A DNA stretch of 64,000 nucleotides from the human T2T-CHM13v2.0 reference genome, Homo sapiens. Positions 1 through 13,304 of this stretch are shown piece by piece; the stretch's first letter is position 1; every line of letters starts with the position of its first letter. The stretch lies in assembly GCF_009914755.1 (NCBI RefSeq), contig NC_060934.1. The stretch is one strand, 5' to 3'. The notes beneath the pieces are model-generated. The model ran no database searches and was not told the origin of the DNA. It worked only from the letters and a program-made list of their open reading frames with translations. A program made the position numbers and the translations under genes.

Positions 1-39
1 CTAACAATCAACACTCTTTTATTTGCCTGTGCTCCTCCA

Positions 40-245
40 CAGAGGCTGTTCCCTGGTCTCGGTTAGGTATCCTTGCTTTTCCCGTATCATAACACTTACC
101 CTACCTTATCCTAATTATCCCTTTAGTTGTCTGCCCATCTTAGAACTTAAGTTTCTTTCATTCCCTTTTTGATTGTTGTATCTCTGTTGCCCAGCAAGAA
201 TGCCTGGCCTCTGACAGACACTCAAGACGTAATGGTTGAATACAT
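40..245 (+). mobile_element. L2 LINE 3' fragment (degenerate)
   Basis: Resembles an L2 3' end (tctctgttgcccagcaagaatgcctggc...cactcaag...gttgaat). Confidence 0.5.
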
Positions 246-485
246 ATATACATAATGCTGGGGAAATATCAAATTTTTACTCTTTCACTACTACCTCTTT
301 ATTCCTACTTGTCATTATAATATGTCGTTTTGGGGGATGGGGGTAATGCTCTCAGTCAGTCTATGAAGCTTCCCCTAGATACTTCATTGATTTATGTGAT
401 ATATGTGAAATTTACTGTATACTTGTGTGTATAAACACACATACACAGAGCTTTGTGATGGTATAAGTGTTCCTTGGTCTCATCA

Positions 486-547
486 ATATGCAGAAAGTAG
501 AAGAGAAATTTGGTTGATATGCATAAAGTAGAAGAGAAATTTGGTTG
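486..547. repeat. 31-bp tandem duplication (2 copies)
   Basis: atatgca(g/t)aaagtagaagagaaatttggttg at 486-516 and 517-547, 1 mismatch. Confidence 0.95.
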
Positions 548-1852
548 CTACAGTTTGCAACTATGTAATCATTTCCTCTTTTGGCCTCTTTTCCCGATTT
601 AGATGATATTCCTTGTATTTCTTTTAAGAATATAAAGCAAGAAGCAGCTTATTTACCCATAACAAGGACCTACTGAAGTGCAGAGGAGATCTAAGTTCTG
701 ATTGAAAGCACGAAATTGACTAAAAGCCACAAACTAACTTTGTTTTAAAACAGCAGTTACAAAAGTAGGTAAATATGTTTAAAAACAAAAACATATTTAA
801 AAACAAAAACCTATCTTCAAGCACAGCCATTTAAAAATAAAAACACCACCAGATTATTTAAAGCCTTGAGTTAAGGGCTTTAATGGCTATATGTATGGAA
901 ACCTTCCCTAACATCTTTATCATATATAAAACAAGCAGCTCCTATTTTAGGAGATGTGTCCTTCCTCCTTCCTTCTCCCGGTGGCAGCACAGGCAGGTAG
1001 CCGTTCTCTGAAGCAGCCTTTTGTGTTGTTGGTTTAGAGGCTTTCATTGCCCGCTAACCTTTCTGCTGAATAGATCTGTTTCCCATTGAGCCAGACTCCT
1101 GTGTGTGTTCTCTTCCTTGGTATTACATTGAGATAACAGCCAATTCTCTTCTGTTTGAATCATCAGAAGTAGCTTTATTTTTTGTTTATTGGGGTTTTTT
1201 TCTTCCTTGCACTTTTGTGATGAGCAGGTCACCATTCTCCTCCATACCACCAAAGGAATAAATAATTTATGTAACCTACCCTGATTTCCAAACAATAAAC
1301 CTGAATAAAGAGAGTAAGGGACAAGGGTTCTGTTGTAATTTCCATCTCTTACCATTTTTTTCTTTCTTCCTTTCTTTTTTCTTTTTTTTTCTGGAGGGAG
1401 TAATATTTCCAGTGAGTCTGTGAAGCTTCCCCAGAGTGTCCCATTGACTTCTCTATGGTAGTTTCATTATTGGGTGAATCAGTTTTTTCTTTGGAGCAGA
1501 TATGATATTATGAAACAATGTGATAGCTATTCGAAAGAGTGGATCACAACCTTTTTTCTACAGAGAGGAGTGGGACATAGTTCTAATTAGAACAAAGGCT
1601 TCTTAATGACTTTCAAGGCTCGTAGTTAAGGGAGACAGGGCAAGATGTCAAGGAATGGTGAGCTAAAAGAATCTACTTGGAAGATGTGGGATCTCTCCCT
1701 TCCTCTCCCCCAAGGTTCTATGCCTCTATATTCATAATTACCCTCCAAAAAACTTCAGAGAGGGTGGATAATATAATTCGGTGGTACATACTAGAAATCA
1801 CCTCTTTCTAATTTAAAAGATAGAATTTATTGGAGGTTTGTAGCAATGCTGC

Positions 1853-2213
1853 TGATATGGTTTGGCTCTGTGTTCCCACCCAAATCTCACCTTGAAGTGT
1901 AATAATCCCCACGAGTCATGGGAAGGACCCGGTGAGAGGTAATTGAATCATGGGGGCAGATTTTTCTCATGCTGTTCTCATGATAGTGAACAAGTCTTAC
2001 AATATCTGATGGTTTTATAAAGGGGAGTTCCCCTGCACAAGCCCTCTTATCCGCCGCCATGTAAGATGTCCCTTTGCTCTTCCTTTGCCTTCGGCCGTTG
2101 ATTGTGAGGCCTCCGCAGCCATGAAGAACTGTAAGTCCATTAAACCTCTTTCTTTTATAAATTACCCAGTTTCAGGTATGTCTTTTTTAGCAGCATTAGA
2201 ATGGACTAATACA
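1853..2213 (+). mobile_element. THE1 (MaLR) solo LTR, THE1C/D-like
   Basis: Starts tgatatggtttggctctgtg, ends ggactaataca; 5-bp TSD gctgc/gcttc. Confidence 0.92.
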
Positions 2214-2244
2214 GCTTCTTAGTGTGTACTTTGGGTCACTAGCG

Positions 2245-2405
2245 TTAGGATTCCCAGGGATGTTGGTCCCCAAAAAAATGCAGATCTCTGGGAACCATCT
2301 TAGACTCATAGACTCTGAATCTCAGGGATGGATCCTGATAATTTAATGTTTAATAATCTCTCAATGTGACTTCATTGTGCATCACTATTTTTTGAGGGCT
2401 ACTGG
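2245..2405. mobile_element. MER5-type hAT-Charlie MITE
   Basis: aaatgcagatctctggg...ctgaatctcaggg...tttaataatctctc...gagggctactg. Confidence 0.6.
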
Positions 2406-2780
2406 CCAACAGCAGAGCTATGGAAGGAAAGCTGAAGGTTGGATCAGGGCTGCTCTGAGAATTTCAGTATTGGGAACTGTGGCTGGGCTCCTTGGAGTCT
2501 ATCTTTTGAGGTGAGTCAGCTCACCTCAAGTCAACTGGTGTCAAGTGTCTCAAGGTTCAAGTTCCTAGGAGAGGGGATCAGAGTGACCTGGCTTGATCTC
2601 CCCAGGTCAGGAGAGGGGAGGGCTACTTGATCGGCTCTCTCACCATGCTTACAGACAGTGGAGGACGAAGAGGATTTCCCTGAGGAAAATCCAAGTGCTG
2701 TTTTCCAGAAAACAAAACAAAACAAAAACAAAACAAAAAAAAAAGAGGGAAATGGATCCTGGGCAGATAAAAACCGCATT
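2406..2780 (-). mobile_element. Old MLT1 (K/L-like) LTR fragment
   Basis: Ends gatttccctgaggaaaatccaagtgctg...ggaaatggatcctgggcag, typical of old MLT1. Confidence 0.5.
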
Positions 2781-4817
2781 TTTTTTTTGCACATACACAG
2801 AACTTTATGATACCATTTTTAAAAGTGAACCATGCTCTCCTGTGGTGAAAGCTTAGAAAGTGAAGAATTAACATATTTAAGCTTAGCAGTGCTGATGTTC
2901 CTCATTACATAAATGGGGATTATGGAAATGGTGGCTAATAGTGATGGAGTTTATAAGGAAACATCCAGAATTCAAAATACAGAATTGCCTTTCCAGTAGG
3001 ATTTGTACCTGGCAAAAACTTGCAGAGTAGGGACTCAGTATTTGAATTAATTTAAGTAGTCATGGCAAAAAGATTTTACTCAGATATTCAGTAAGTATTG
3101 GCAACTTACTGAATTATAATACTGAATTATAGTAGGAGCTTGCAGAATTGACTGAGCAACACTTTGAAGAACATATTTATAAAATAGCTAAAATGAAATA
3201 CCACATACTCTTTCATTCCTTTCAAGGTACAACTTTAACTACTAGATCCAGTTCATACCGTTTGTTTCTTCTTGTTGTTGGAATTTCTTCTTGTTGTTGT
3301 TGGAACCACAGGTCTGAACAAACACTGTTCTGTTGAATATCTAGAAGGAAAGACACAATTTGGATTTTGCTTTTCCAGAAAGTTCCACTCCTTGGGGGTC
3401 CTACTAACCTCTAACTTTGACATCATTATGGATGCTGCAGAAATAAGTCGGATGTCCTGGGCGCAATGGACTACATTGTGAAGCCTGTTGGCAACTTCCC
3501 TTATATAAGGTTAATTCGGGTGAAATAAATCAACCCGACTACTTATTTTGATGAAAATAAATGTCAGTCCAGAAAAAAAAGAGGAGAGAGAAGGCACCTG
3601 CAGTGGAAAGGAATAAGAAAAGTATCTTGCAAACTGTTCAAACTGTAAGTAACTATCAGCACCCCTCAGCACCATTTTTATCTGAAAGAACACTGCAAAT
3701 ATCTTAAAAAGTGACTTAAGGTTGTGCAAGAAGCTTCCTCAACTTACTCCTGAACGCCTGCCTCTCAAATCTGAATATGGCAGCAGGACAGAAAGACCCT
3801 AGAATTTCTCACCTTGTATGTAAGCACTCTAAGCAAGGTTTGCCTATGAATTTTTGTTTGATTAAAGATGGGTGAAGAGAGGGTCAGAACTTCTCTATGT
3901 CACGACCTCTCTTCCTTCAGGGTTGTACATGTTTTAAAAGAGAAATCGACAATTTTTTTTTCTCATATAGTACACACCTTCACTTAATTTAGTCTTATGG
4001 CTTTAAAATGTATTATTTTAAATAACCTTTGGTCAATCCTCCTCAAAGCACCAATTTCATAGGATTTTCATTTCTGAACTATAGTTACAACATGCTTATA
4101 ACCATTTAAAAATAATAGGATTCTTATTTCTATGGACCAAAAAAACACTTAAAATTTCAAAATGAATCCCCGCTTCAAAGGGAAAAACCATCAGGGCTGG
4201 AGGGTCCTTTTCTGATTTTTCATTTTTTTCTTCTCTGTATGATTTCTTATTACACAGTTTTATTTTTCCAATGAACTTAACTCTTGAGCCATGATTGACA
4301 CTACAATCAGATTAAAGGATACTCTTTTAAAAGACACTGATTTGGACTCTACTCCACAAAAAAGGAGATGAAAGCTGGCTTTTTCTGACTTGATTGGCTA
4401 TTCTGTGTTTACCTTTTTAATGTCCTTGATGAGACAGGTGTTTCTCATGGCATTTTATGCAGTCAGTCAGTCAACCGGGATTTCACTCTGACAGCTGTGC
4501 TCCATCGCTATCTGGAGAAAATGGCAGCAGCTCAGAGTTCCTACAGATACCCCTGTGATTTGATTTCCAGCTATAGACTTTCGTTTTCTGCCAGGCCTCT
4601 GATGGGTCAGATTTAAGTACCAATGTGCCATCTAAATACTAGCTTTCTGAACTCATTTCCCAACTTTATCCTGTTAATGCCAAACTTCTTTATGAAGGGG
4701 GAAGGTTAGCTTCGTAATAAGGGGATAGATACAAGAGACTCCATACACACGTGGTTTTGAATATCAGCTTCTAGGAGCTGATGGAAGAGTATGCACAGAA
4801 TATTAGTCTCATATTAA

Positions 4818-5008
4818 GCATCAGGAAGAATAGCTAGTGGATGCTGGGCTTAATACCTAGGTGATGGGATGATCTTTGAAGCAAACCACCATGGCACACG
4901 TTTACCTATGTAATGAACCTGCACATCCTGCACATGTACCCCTGAACATAAACTAAAAGTTGAAGATTTAAAAAAAGAAAAATAAAATTTATTTTTCTAA
5001 AAAAAGAA
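4818..5008 (+). mobile_element. L1PA (PA10-12-like) 3' end
   Basis: gcatcaggaagaatagcta...gcttaatacctaggtgatggg...cacatgtacccctgaac plus A-tail; TSD ag(tc/tt)tcatattaa at 4805-4817 and 5009-5021. Confidence 0.9.
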
Positions 5009-5863
5009 AGTTTCATATTAAATGAGTGGCTCATGAAGAAAATAAAATTGGATTTTATTCTCCCATGCAACTCATCATGGTTTTAAAAATTTATTCTTGT
5101 TAAATAATGGCTCTGTGTTTTGTAAACTGCATAGAATAACACAATCAATGTTTTATTAATAGTTTCTAAATTACCATGCAGACCACAGAAGCTCAAGATT
5201 TTAAATTTTGAAGTAGGACTTTACTATCAGTTGTTATTAGTAATTTGAACCAATTTCTCTGGTTTCAAAATACGTTACTTAATTGCCACGAGAGTGGTGA
5301 AACTTTGTTCAGATTTAATGAGGAAATTCTGGTTCAGCTTTTCTTTATTCCTTGTCTATCTTTCATACATTTCAACATGTCAAAGTATTAACATATATTT
5401 TATAGTAATCTCAAATAATAACTAATCAATAAATACAGAACATCTCTGTACCATGCAACAATTTCAGTTTCACATGATATAAAAGATTAGAACTGTTACA
5501 GACTTTGGGCAAAAGTGGTGAGCTCAGACAATTTCACGATAAATTAAACTTAGAATCAAAGAGTGAAACCAGAATAAGCAACGTTAAGAAGTGGATGATC
5601 AGGCCAATCTTATTGGAAACGTCAATCGTGTACTTGCTAACCTACAGCCTTCTACTACATGAAGCTGCCCAACTCACAGTCACTGCCAAATGGCAGTTCT
5701 GTATATACAAACTACATGGACGGCACCCTCACCCCACAAACAAGCAGCCAAAATGTATTCGGTTGAGCACTTTGACTTAGGAATTTGAATGGAGAATTCA
5801 CAGTATCACTTAGCAGTGGAGCAGGAGCTGAAAGATTACCATATGAGAATTAAAGTCATAGAG

Positions 5864-6474
<611 letters not shown>

Positions 6475-7029
6475 TCATGGAGGGTCATGGCAAGCCAAAT
6501 TCTGAGTAAAGAATCCCGTGAGGAAGTGGAAGCTATGTGATAAAGAATCTGCATGGAAAAGGGAAAGAGTCAGCCAGGTGGCACCGGGTGCAGACCGCAG
6601 AGCATGCAGGAGGAGTGGCCTATAAAGGCAACACCCTTTAAGACAGAATGTTGTGTTCATGGCAGAACACCAGAGTGAAGATCAAAAGTCGTCTCTGGTT
6701 TTTCTGAAGTCTTATGGTCCAGCTTTTCTGAGTTGCCACAAGTGTATATTCTTTAAGTAAGGCCCGGCCCCTTGTGGGGACTTCAGTGATCTCTGTTCTT
6801 TTCTGCCAAGTGGCCAACACTCTAATACAACGAGGAAAATATATGATCAACCAAGGAGACAAAAGTGAGTGAGCGCTAAATGTTAGCATAAGCTTAAATG
6901 ATGCGACATGATAAATCAATATAAAGATGAAATATATACAGAGATTTCTAAAACACAAATGATAATTAAAGCATATCTCATAAATTATGAAGTGAGACAT
7001 ACTTAATCTTCAGCTTAACAATGTCTACA

Positions 7030-7150
7030 CTTATTCGTTTAATCAATATTTATTTAATGCCTAGCATGTCTCAGACACTATGTTATTCTTGGGGGATGTA
7101 AAGATGAATCAAATAATCTTTTCCCTCAAGGAAATCATAGTCTGGCAGCT
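7030..7150 (-). mobile_element. L2 fragment
   Basis: atatttatttaatgcctagcatgtctcagacactatgtt...ccctcaaggaaatcatagtctgg. Confidence 0.6.
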
Positions 7151-7541
7151 AGAATGAGACATCGCTTTCATTTTTTTCTTTTTTAAAAAATGGATTGCTT
7201 TTGATTCCTGAGTCAATCTGTTATCCTCACTTAAGCAGATCATGTATGGGAATTTGTCTGGGAACCAGTTTCCTATAACCAGCTATAACACAATGTGATT
7301 AATTAGACGTATATTTTGGCTCAAATCTTGGATTTAAGTGAGTAACCTAGGTAGTATACAGAAATGGATATTTTTCAGGCTAATGGATAAAGATATGTGT
7401 TCCAGTAAATCAAGTTACAAGGAAAATATTGTCCTTAATATTGTTGTTATTATGTAGATTAATTTTAAGATTAATTATATAACTGCTATGCATACATCAT
7501 GACGAAAGAAATGCAGGATTTAGCTTATGACTTGATGTGGT

Positions 7542-7668
7542 GGCTGGGCACAGTGTCCCACACCTGTAATTCCAGCATTTTGGGAGGCCAAGGCAGAAGG
7601 ATAGCTTGAGTCCAGGAGTTTGAGACCAGCCTGAGCAACATAGTGAGACCCTATCTCTACCCAGAAAA
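7542..7668 (+). mobile_element. FLAM / Alu left monomer
   Basis: Single Alu monomer with a short A-rich end and a degenerate TSD (...atgtggtg). Confidence 0.88.
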
Positions 7669-8082
7669 GATTTAATGTGGTGAGTAATAAGGAACTGGCT
7701 TCATGATGATCATGAGTCTGCATTGATGTGGCAAGAGGCACTCCAGAAAGACTTCTGGCGACGTAGGCAATTGGATTTGAATGGAGACTGTCAGGAAGGC
7801 CACAGTCTTATGTATTCCCCAGGTGAGGTGATCAAGGGATGAGAAAAGTCGCAGTGACAGGGGCTATTGAGAGAAAAACAAAGAAAATGAAACATAAATA
7901 TGATGATTTTATCTTTTTCTATTTTACTTATAAAACATGATTTATATAGACTAAAATTTTATTTGCGATAAGGGAAATGGAGATAGAAAACGGCTAAGTC
8001 AGAAAAAGATAGTCATTCTGCTTTTCACAGCCTATTTTGGGCCAATTGCTCCCTGAAAATAAATTTTTTAAAAAAACTTCTA

Positions 8083-8371
8083 GGGCGCAGTGACCACACT
8101 TGTAATCCCAGCACTTTTGGGGGCCGAGGCGGGTGGATCCCTTGAGTCAAGGAGTTCGAGACCAGCCTGGGGAACATGATGAGACCCCTACTCTACAAAA
8201 AATACAAAAATTAGCTAGGCCTGGTGGCATGTGCCTATAGTTCCAGCTACTTAGGGAGGCTGAGGTGGGAGGATCGCTTGAACCCAGGAAGTCAAGGCTG
8301 CAGTGAGCCATGATCATGCCACTGCACTCCAGCTTGGACAACAGAGAGAGATCCTGTCTTACAAAAAAAAA
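8083..8371 (+). mobile_element. AluJ
   Basis: Dimeric Alu with A-tail. Confidence 0.92.
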
Positions 8372-9141
8372 TCTTTAGTATGTTTTGGTTTGAAATTGAG
8401 CATATTGGAAACCTCCTGAATTCTTCCTCTATACATTCCTTCACCCATTTCTTATCAAGGACGTTTTAATTTAGTTGGTTGGCCAAATTAATCAAATCTG
8501 AAAGGATTTGGCTGTCTTTCTGAAAGCTGTCCCAGAACTGGTAAAACAAATGGTTCTTTTCTTCCTGGAAGAAATTCAGAGAGCCCCTCCCTCCCGGATC
8601 TCCCCATTTCCTTTTTTCTCTACCTTTCCCCAATGATCACAGTCAGTAAGAGCCAGAAATGGCTTTGTAACTCTTACGAATAATGAAAAGTCATTGCTGA
8701 TGATTCGCACCAAGGGGGAAGGATGCTGTGGTTAGATCCTTGCTTAAGAAACGATTGTTTGTAACATTATTCATGTCTTTGTCATCTCTGGGTTCTGTCA
8801 CTGCAGCATGTTCTACTGGGATGTGTCTTTGAAGTTCCCTTGGCAGACATTTGTATTATCATTTTAGCAGCATTTTCTTGCATATAATATGCCAGAGTAA
8901 TATATACTAAAATGATAAATATAGTTTTTGCCCTTGAAGAGTTGATAATCTGACAAGGGTTGGCATTTAGTTACTAAATCATCCAAAGAGAAGTTATCAT
9001 AAGAAGTATCATGACCTATTGACAAAGTTTTAGGCAACCTGTTAGAAATACTCAGCTTGGTCTAAACTAAATACAGAGCTCTTCAAAGTCATTGGTACTA
9101 AAAGCCTAGCTTGAGCTAAAGAAAACAATTTTCCACCCGAG

Positions 9142-9481
<340 letters not shown>

Positions 9482-9594
9482 TCAAAGTAGAATAAGTTCT
9501 ACTTTGAATTATTACTACTATGTGTTGTTTCACCATAGCTGACACATGGGGATTATAAATTACATTTACAAGAATAAAAACTAGAAAAATTAAC

Positions 9595-9795
9595 CATGAG
9601 TATTTATTGAGCAATTACTATTTAGCAGGTACTATCCTAAGTGCTTTACATATGTTCATGAAATACTCATAACCTATGAGCACTATAAGAATCTTTTATT
9701 TTGTAGATGATGAAATTGAGGCACAAGGGCACTGTGTCCAAGGATGCCCGAGCCAAGATTTGAACACGTTGAGCCTGGTCCTAAAGTCTACTATT
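9595..9795 (-). mobile_element. MIR
   Basis: tatttattgagc...gtgctttacat...ttttgtagatgatgaaattgaggcac...gatttgaac. Confidence 0.75.
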
Positions 9796-9824
9796 GAATT
9801 CGTACACTTAATCCCTCTCCTAGT

Positions 9825-9996
9825 CACTGCGGCCCCTCTGTGTGTATTATAAAAAGGTACTCTCTTTGAGTGGGAAAATTAGAAAAATGCACCCTCACAG
9901 GGAGCATGTAGCCTCTCTTTATTTCACCCCTAACTCATCCTTTGGCCTGGGCTTTTGAACAGTACACAGAATGTACAACTGTACATGGCAGCCCTG
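9825..9996. mobile_element. MER91-like hAT-Tip100 MITE
   Basis: Terminal gtacaactgtacatggcagccctg. Confidence 0.5.
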
Positions 9997-10229
9997 TCTT
10001 CACTGTCTTCACTACCAGTCAGTACCTTTACAAATTTCAAGTAACTTTGACATGCATAATCTTATTTGATTTTGGCTTCAGCCACATGAAATAAAAATGA
10101 CAGTTAATTACCTTTCTCTTACAAAACAGAAATCTATTCTCTTTATGTATTGATGTATTGATCACACAAAAGGTACATCATAAAAACCAAGCAGTGGCCC
10201 AGGGGCAGGAAAGATCCTGGGTATGAACC

Positions 10230-10445
10230 ACTGTGTGCTTTACTATACTACATGCTTTGCACATGACTTAATTTACTGTTCCCAAAAGCCCTACAAGGTA
10301 GGGGATCACTAACGCCTGTACACAGATTAGGAAACAGCTTCAATAAAGTGAATTACCTTGCTGGGCTTTCCATATTTTGTAGGTTGAGGTGTCTGAATTC
10401 AACCCTGGGCTATCTGACTTGAAATCTATGCTTCTTCCACCATTC
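10230..10445 (-). mobile_element. MIR
   Basis: MIR core: cacagattaggaaacag...gaattcaaccctgggctatctgac. Confidence 0.6.
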
Positions 10446-10939
10446 TTAGACCATCTCTATTTGAGTCTATCTGATTGTTTGGTGTAGACATGTTCAAACA
10501 AGATAATACTCATTAGTGTTGGACAATTGGAGATTAGGATAAAGCGTGCCTCAAGCAGAGAAAATTGCCCAGGGAAGATACACTAGGGAAGATACTGCCT
10601 GCTTCTTAATAAGCTAGAACAAAAAGAGGTCACACTCAAGATTATGAGCCACTTATTTTGTTAATCAGCACATACTAATGGAGCACCTATTAAATGCTTG
10701 GCAGCCATTTAGGAGCTGTGTGGGAAACAACAATGAAAGTCAAACCACTTACCCTCAAGGGGATTGCCGTCTAATTAGTAAGACAACTAACAAGCCTGAA
10801 TGTGAACACTGAAGCTACTTAGTAATCTCCAAGGACCTCTTTCAGTAGGGACTCATTTAGTGAATTTGCAGAAGAAACACACACAGATTGGGAGCTTCCC
10901 TTCCGTTCTTTCCACTAAATGATGGGGTACTGTTTGCTG

Positions 10940-11700
<761 letters not shown>

Positions 11701-12160
11701 AATCTCTTTCAGCCCCCTCCGTGTGTGAGCACTAGATGGCTGTCCTTGTCATAGACAAAAGATAGACCAGTCACCTGGGGAGGCACTGGCATCAGCCTGG
11801 GAAATGGTCAAAGCTGGGTTTTACCAGTAGTCATTTAAAGTCTCTTGGTCTCCATTTCCCATAAGATGGAAAGAGTAATAGGACCTGCCTTACAGATTGT
11901 TAGGAAGACTTATTAACTCAGTGTGATAAAATGTTTCATAGAATGCTGAGCACTCTTTCTGGCAAATATGAGTATTCAATTTGTTGGGAAACAGAGATCC
12001 CAAAAGGCTTATATTGACTGGACAAGGAGTTGCTTTTTTTAAGTGTGTTTTTTTCCTTTTATTGTCTGCCTTGTTCATTCACCTAGTATATTAGTCCATT
12101 TCCACACTGCTGATAAAGACAGTCCCTAGACTGGGTAATTTAGAAAGGAAAGAGGTTGTT

Positions 12161-13169
12161 GACAAATGGGATCTAATTAAAGAGCTTCTGCACAGCAAAA
12201 GAAACTACCATCAGAGTGAACAGGCAACCTACAGAATGGGAGAAAATGTTTACAATCTACCCATCTGACAAAGGGCTAATATCCAGAATCTACAAAGAAC
12301 TCAAACAAATTTACAAGAAAAAAATCAAACAACCCCATCAAAAAGTGGGCAAAGGATATCAACAGACACTTCTCAAAAGAAGACATTTATGCAGCCAACA
12401 GACACATGAAAAAATGCTCATCATCACTGGCCATCAGAGAAATTCAAATCAAAACCACAATGAGATACTATCTCACACCAGTTAGATGGCAATCATTAAA
12501 AAGTCAGGAAACAACAGGTGCTAGAGAGGATGTGGAGAAATAGGAACACTTTTACACTGTTGATGGGAGTGTAAACTAGTTCAACCATTGTGGAAGACAG
12601 TGTGGTGATTCCTCAGGGATCTAGAACTAGAAATACCATTTGACCCAACCATCCCATTACTGGGTATATACCCAAAGGATTATACGTCATGCTGCGATAA
12701 AGACACATGCACAGGTATATTTATTGCAGCACTATTCACAATAGCAAAGACTTGGAACCAACCCTTATGTCCACCAATGATAGGCTGGATTAAGAAAATG
12801 TGGCACATATACACCATGGAACACTATGCAGCCATAAAAAAGGATGAGTTCATGTCCTTTGTAGGGACATGGATGAAGCTGGAAACCATCATTCTGAGCA
12901 AACTATCTCAAAGACAGAAAACCAAACACCGCATGTTCTCACTCATAGGTGGAAACTGAACAATGAGAACACTTGGACACGGGGTGGGAACGTCACACAC
13001 TGGGGCCTGTCATGAGTTTGGGGGAGGGGGGAGGGATGGCATTAGGAGATATACCTAATGTAAATGACGAGTTAATGGGTGCAGCACACCAACATGGCAT
13101 ATGTATACATATGTAACTAACCTGCACATTGTGCACATGTACCCTAGAACTTAAAGTATAATAAAAAAA
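12161..13169 (+). mobile_element. L1PA4/5-like, 5'-truncated (ORF2 C-terminus plus 3'UTR)
   Basis: ORF2 peptides NRQPTEWEK..., IKKMWHIYTMEHYAAIKK...; 3'UTR ends ccctagaacttaaagtataataaaa. Confidence 0.97.
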
Positions 13170-13304
13170 TTAATAAAAAGTGTTCTTCAAACAACTGTGA
13201 GCAAAGATGGACTAGTAGATATAGCTCCCCTGAATACTAACCATTAATATGCAAAGAAGATTGATTTTGACAATGTCATGGACAACTTTTCAGAAGTTTC
13301 CAAA
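13167..13304 (+). pseudogene. Decayed hAT (Tip100/Zaphod-like) transposase C-terminal fragment inside an L1 3' transduction
   Basis: Frame from 13167 reads KLIKSVLQTTVSKDGLVDIAPLNTNH*YAKKIDFDNVMDNFSEVSK, resembling the hAT dimerisation-domain end (KLIKxxLRSTMSxxRLxxLAxLSIE...IDFDxVIDxFA). Confidence 0.75.
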
